Origin: Ruminococcus albus 7 = DSM 20455
GTDB taxonomy: Bacteria > Bacillota > Clostridia > Oscillospirales > Ruminococcaceae
Length of the DNA stretch: 32,000 bases
Direction: 5' to 3'
NCBI RefSeq assembly: GCF_000179635.2
Contig: NC_014833.1
Coordinates: 1,590,001-1,622,000, forward strand
Made by a program: the position numbers and the translations under genes. Below the pieces are notes generated by a model. That model was not told the origin of the DNA. It did no database searches and saw only the letters and a program-made list of their open reading frames with translations. Every line of letters starts with the position of its first letter. Positions within the stretch are counted from its first letter, which is position 1. Shown here piece after piece: positions 31,859 through 32,000 of the stretch.

Positions 31859-32000
31859 ATGTCAAAAAGATTTCCGAAACCTGAGATCACACTTGATGGG
31901 ATATACTCAAAGTTCGCAGATGAAAGCTTTTGCAAGGATTTTCTGCTTGATATCCGCTTTGAAAAGGGCTTTGCCTGCCCGTTTTGCGGTGGCTCTGAGT
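31859..32000 (+). CDS. IS1595-family transposase, N-terminal zinc-ribbon region (runs off window)
   Basis: MSKRFPKPEITLDGIYSKFADESFCKDFLLDIRFEKGFACPFCGGSE fits the F..E..C..YL...RW..GF.CP.CG pattern of IS1595/ISXO2-like transposases. GGGAG RBS. A TATAAT lies at 31824-29. Confidence 0.65.
   Translation, partial: MSKRFPKPEITLDGIYSKFADESFCKDFLLDIRFEKGFACPFCGGSE

Noticed and set aside
1-32000. CRISPR arrays, tRNA/rRNA genes, riboswitches, retron/DGR signatures
   Set aside because: I found no regularly spaced direct repeats, no cloverleaf-like or rRNA-like segments, no reverse transcriptase, and no recognisable riboswitch in the longer leaders (24546-24606, 27915-28087). Absence is judged by eye only.

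Overview
Accessory DNA from a low-GC Firmicute. Gene content looks Clostridia/Ruminococcus-like, but that is inference only. No rRNA, tRNA or CRISPR array was found. All real genes are on the + strand until an IS66 element at about 29.2 kb.

(1) 1-2.4 kb: two tandem paralogous genes of unknown function that share a near-identical 3' end, followed by one more hypothetical gene.

(2) 2.5-21.2 kb: a Gram-positive integrative/conjugative element (ICE).
- Accessory or leading-type block: orphan C5-cytosine methyltransferase, BRO-N/KilAC antirepressor, polyvalent-protein-type domains (DUF1281-like, YodL, DUF3846), orphan D12 adenine methyltransferase, SpoVG-like protein.
- Surface block: transglutaminase-like lipoprotein and a 1533-aa NlpC/P60 + Cna-B-repeat wall-anchored protein.
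- Transfer block: pilin-like membrane protein, DUF3991-Toprim protein, VirD4 coupling protein, wHTH protein, VirB6/TrbL-like protein, PrgI-like protein.
- The VirB4 ATPase gene breaks off after about 78 codons, so the element looks transfer-dead. No relaxase or integrase is in the window.

(3) 21.2-27.4 kb: a mosaic of recombined fragments.
- The 3' part of a secreted protein, itself interrupted by a 1.72-kb non-autonomous IS with very long, GC-rich, multi-repeat inverted ends and a chimeric cargo (hsdS fragment plus small ORFs).
- A membrane-anchored toxin-like protein with only half of an HNH-type nuclease domain.
- A shortened FtsX-like permease and an intact ABC ATPase.

(4) 28.1-29.1 kb: an intact secreted bulb-lectin + M15 peptidase fusion. 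This is a lectin-like bacteriocin candidate and the most interesting intact gene in the window.

(5) 29.2-32 kb: a complete IS66-family element (tnpA-tnpB-tnpC, minus strand) and the start of an IS1595-family transposase.

All domain calls rest on motif recognition by eye. None has been confirmed by a search.
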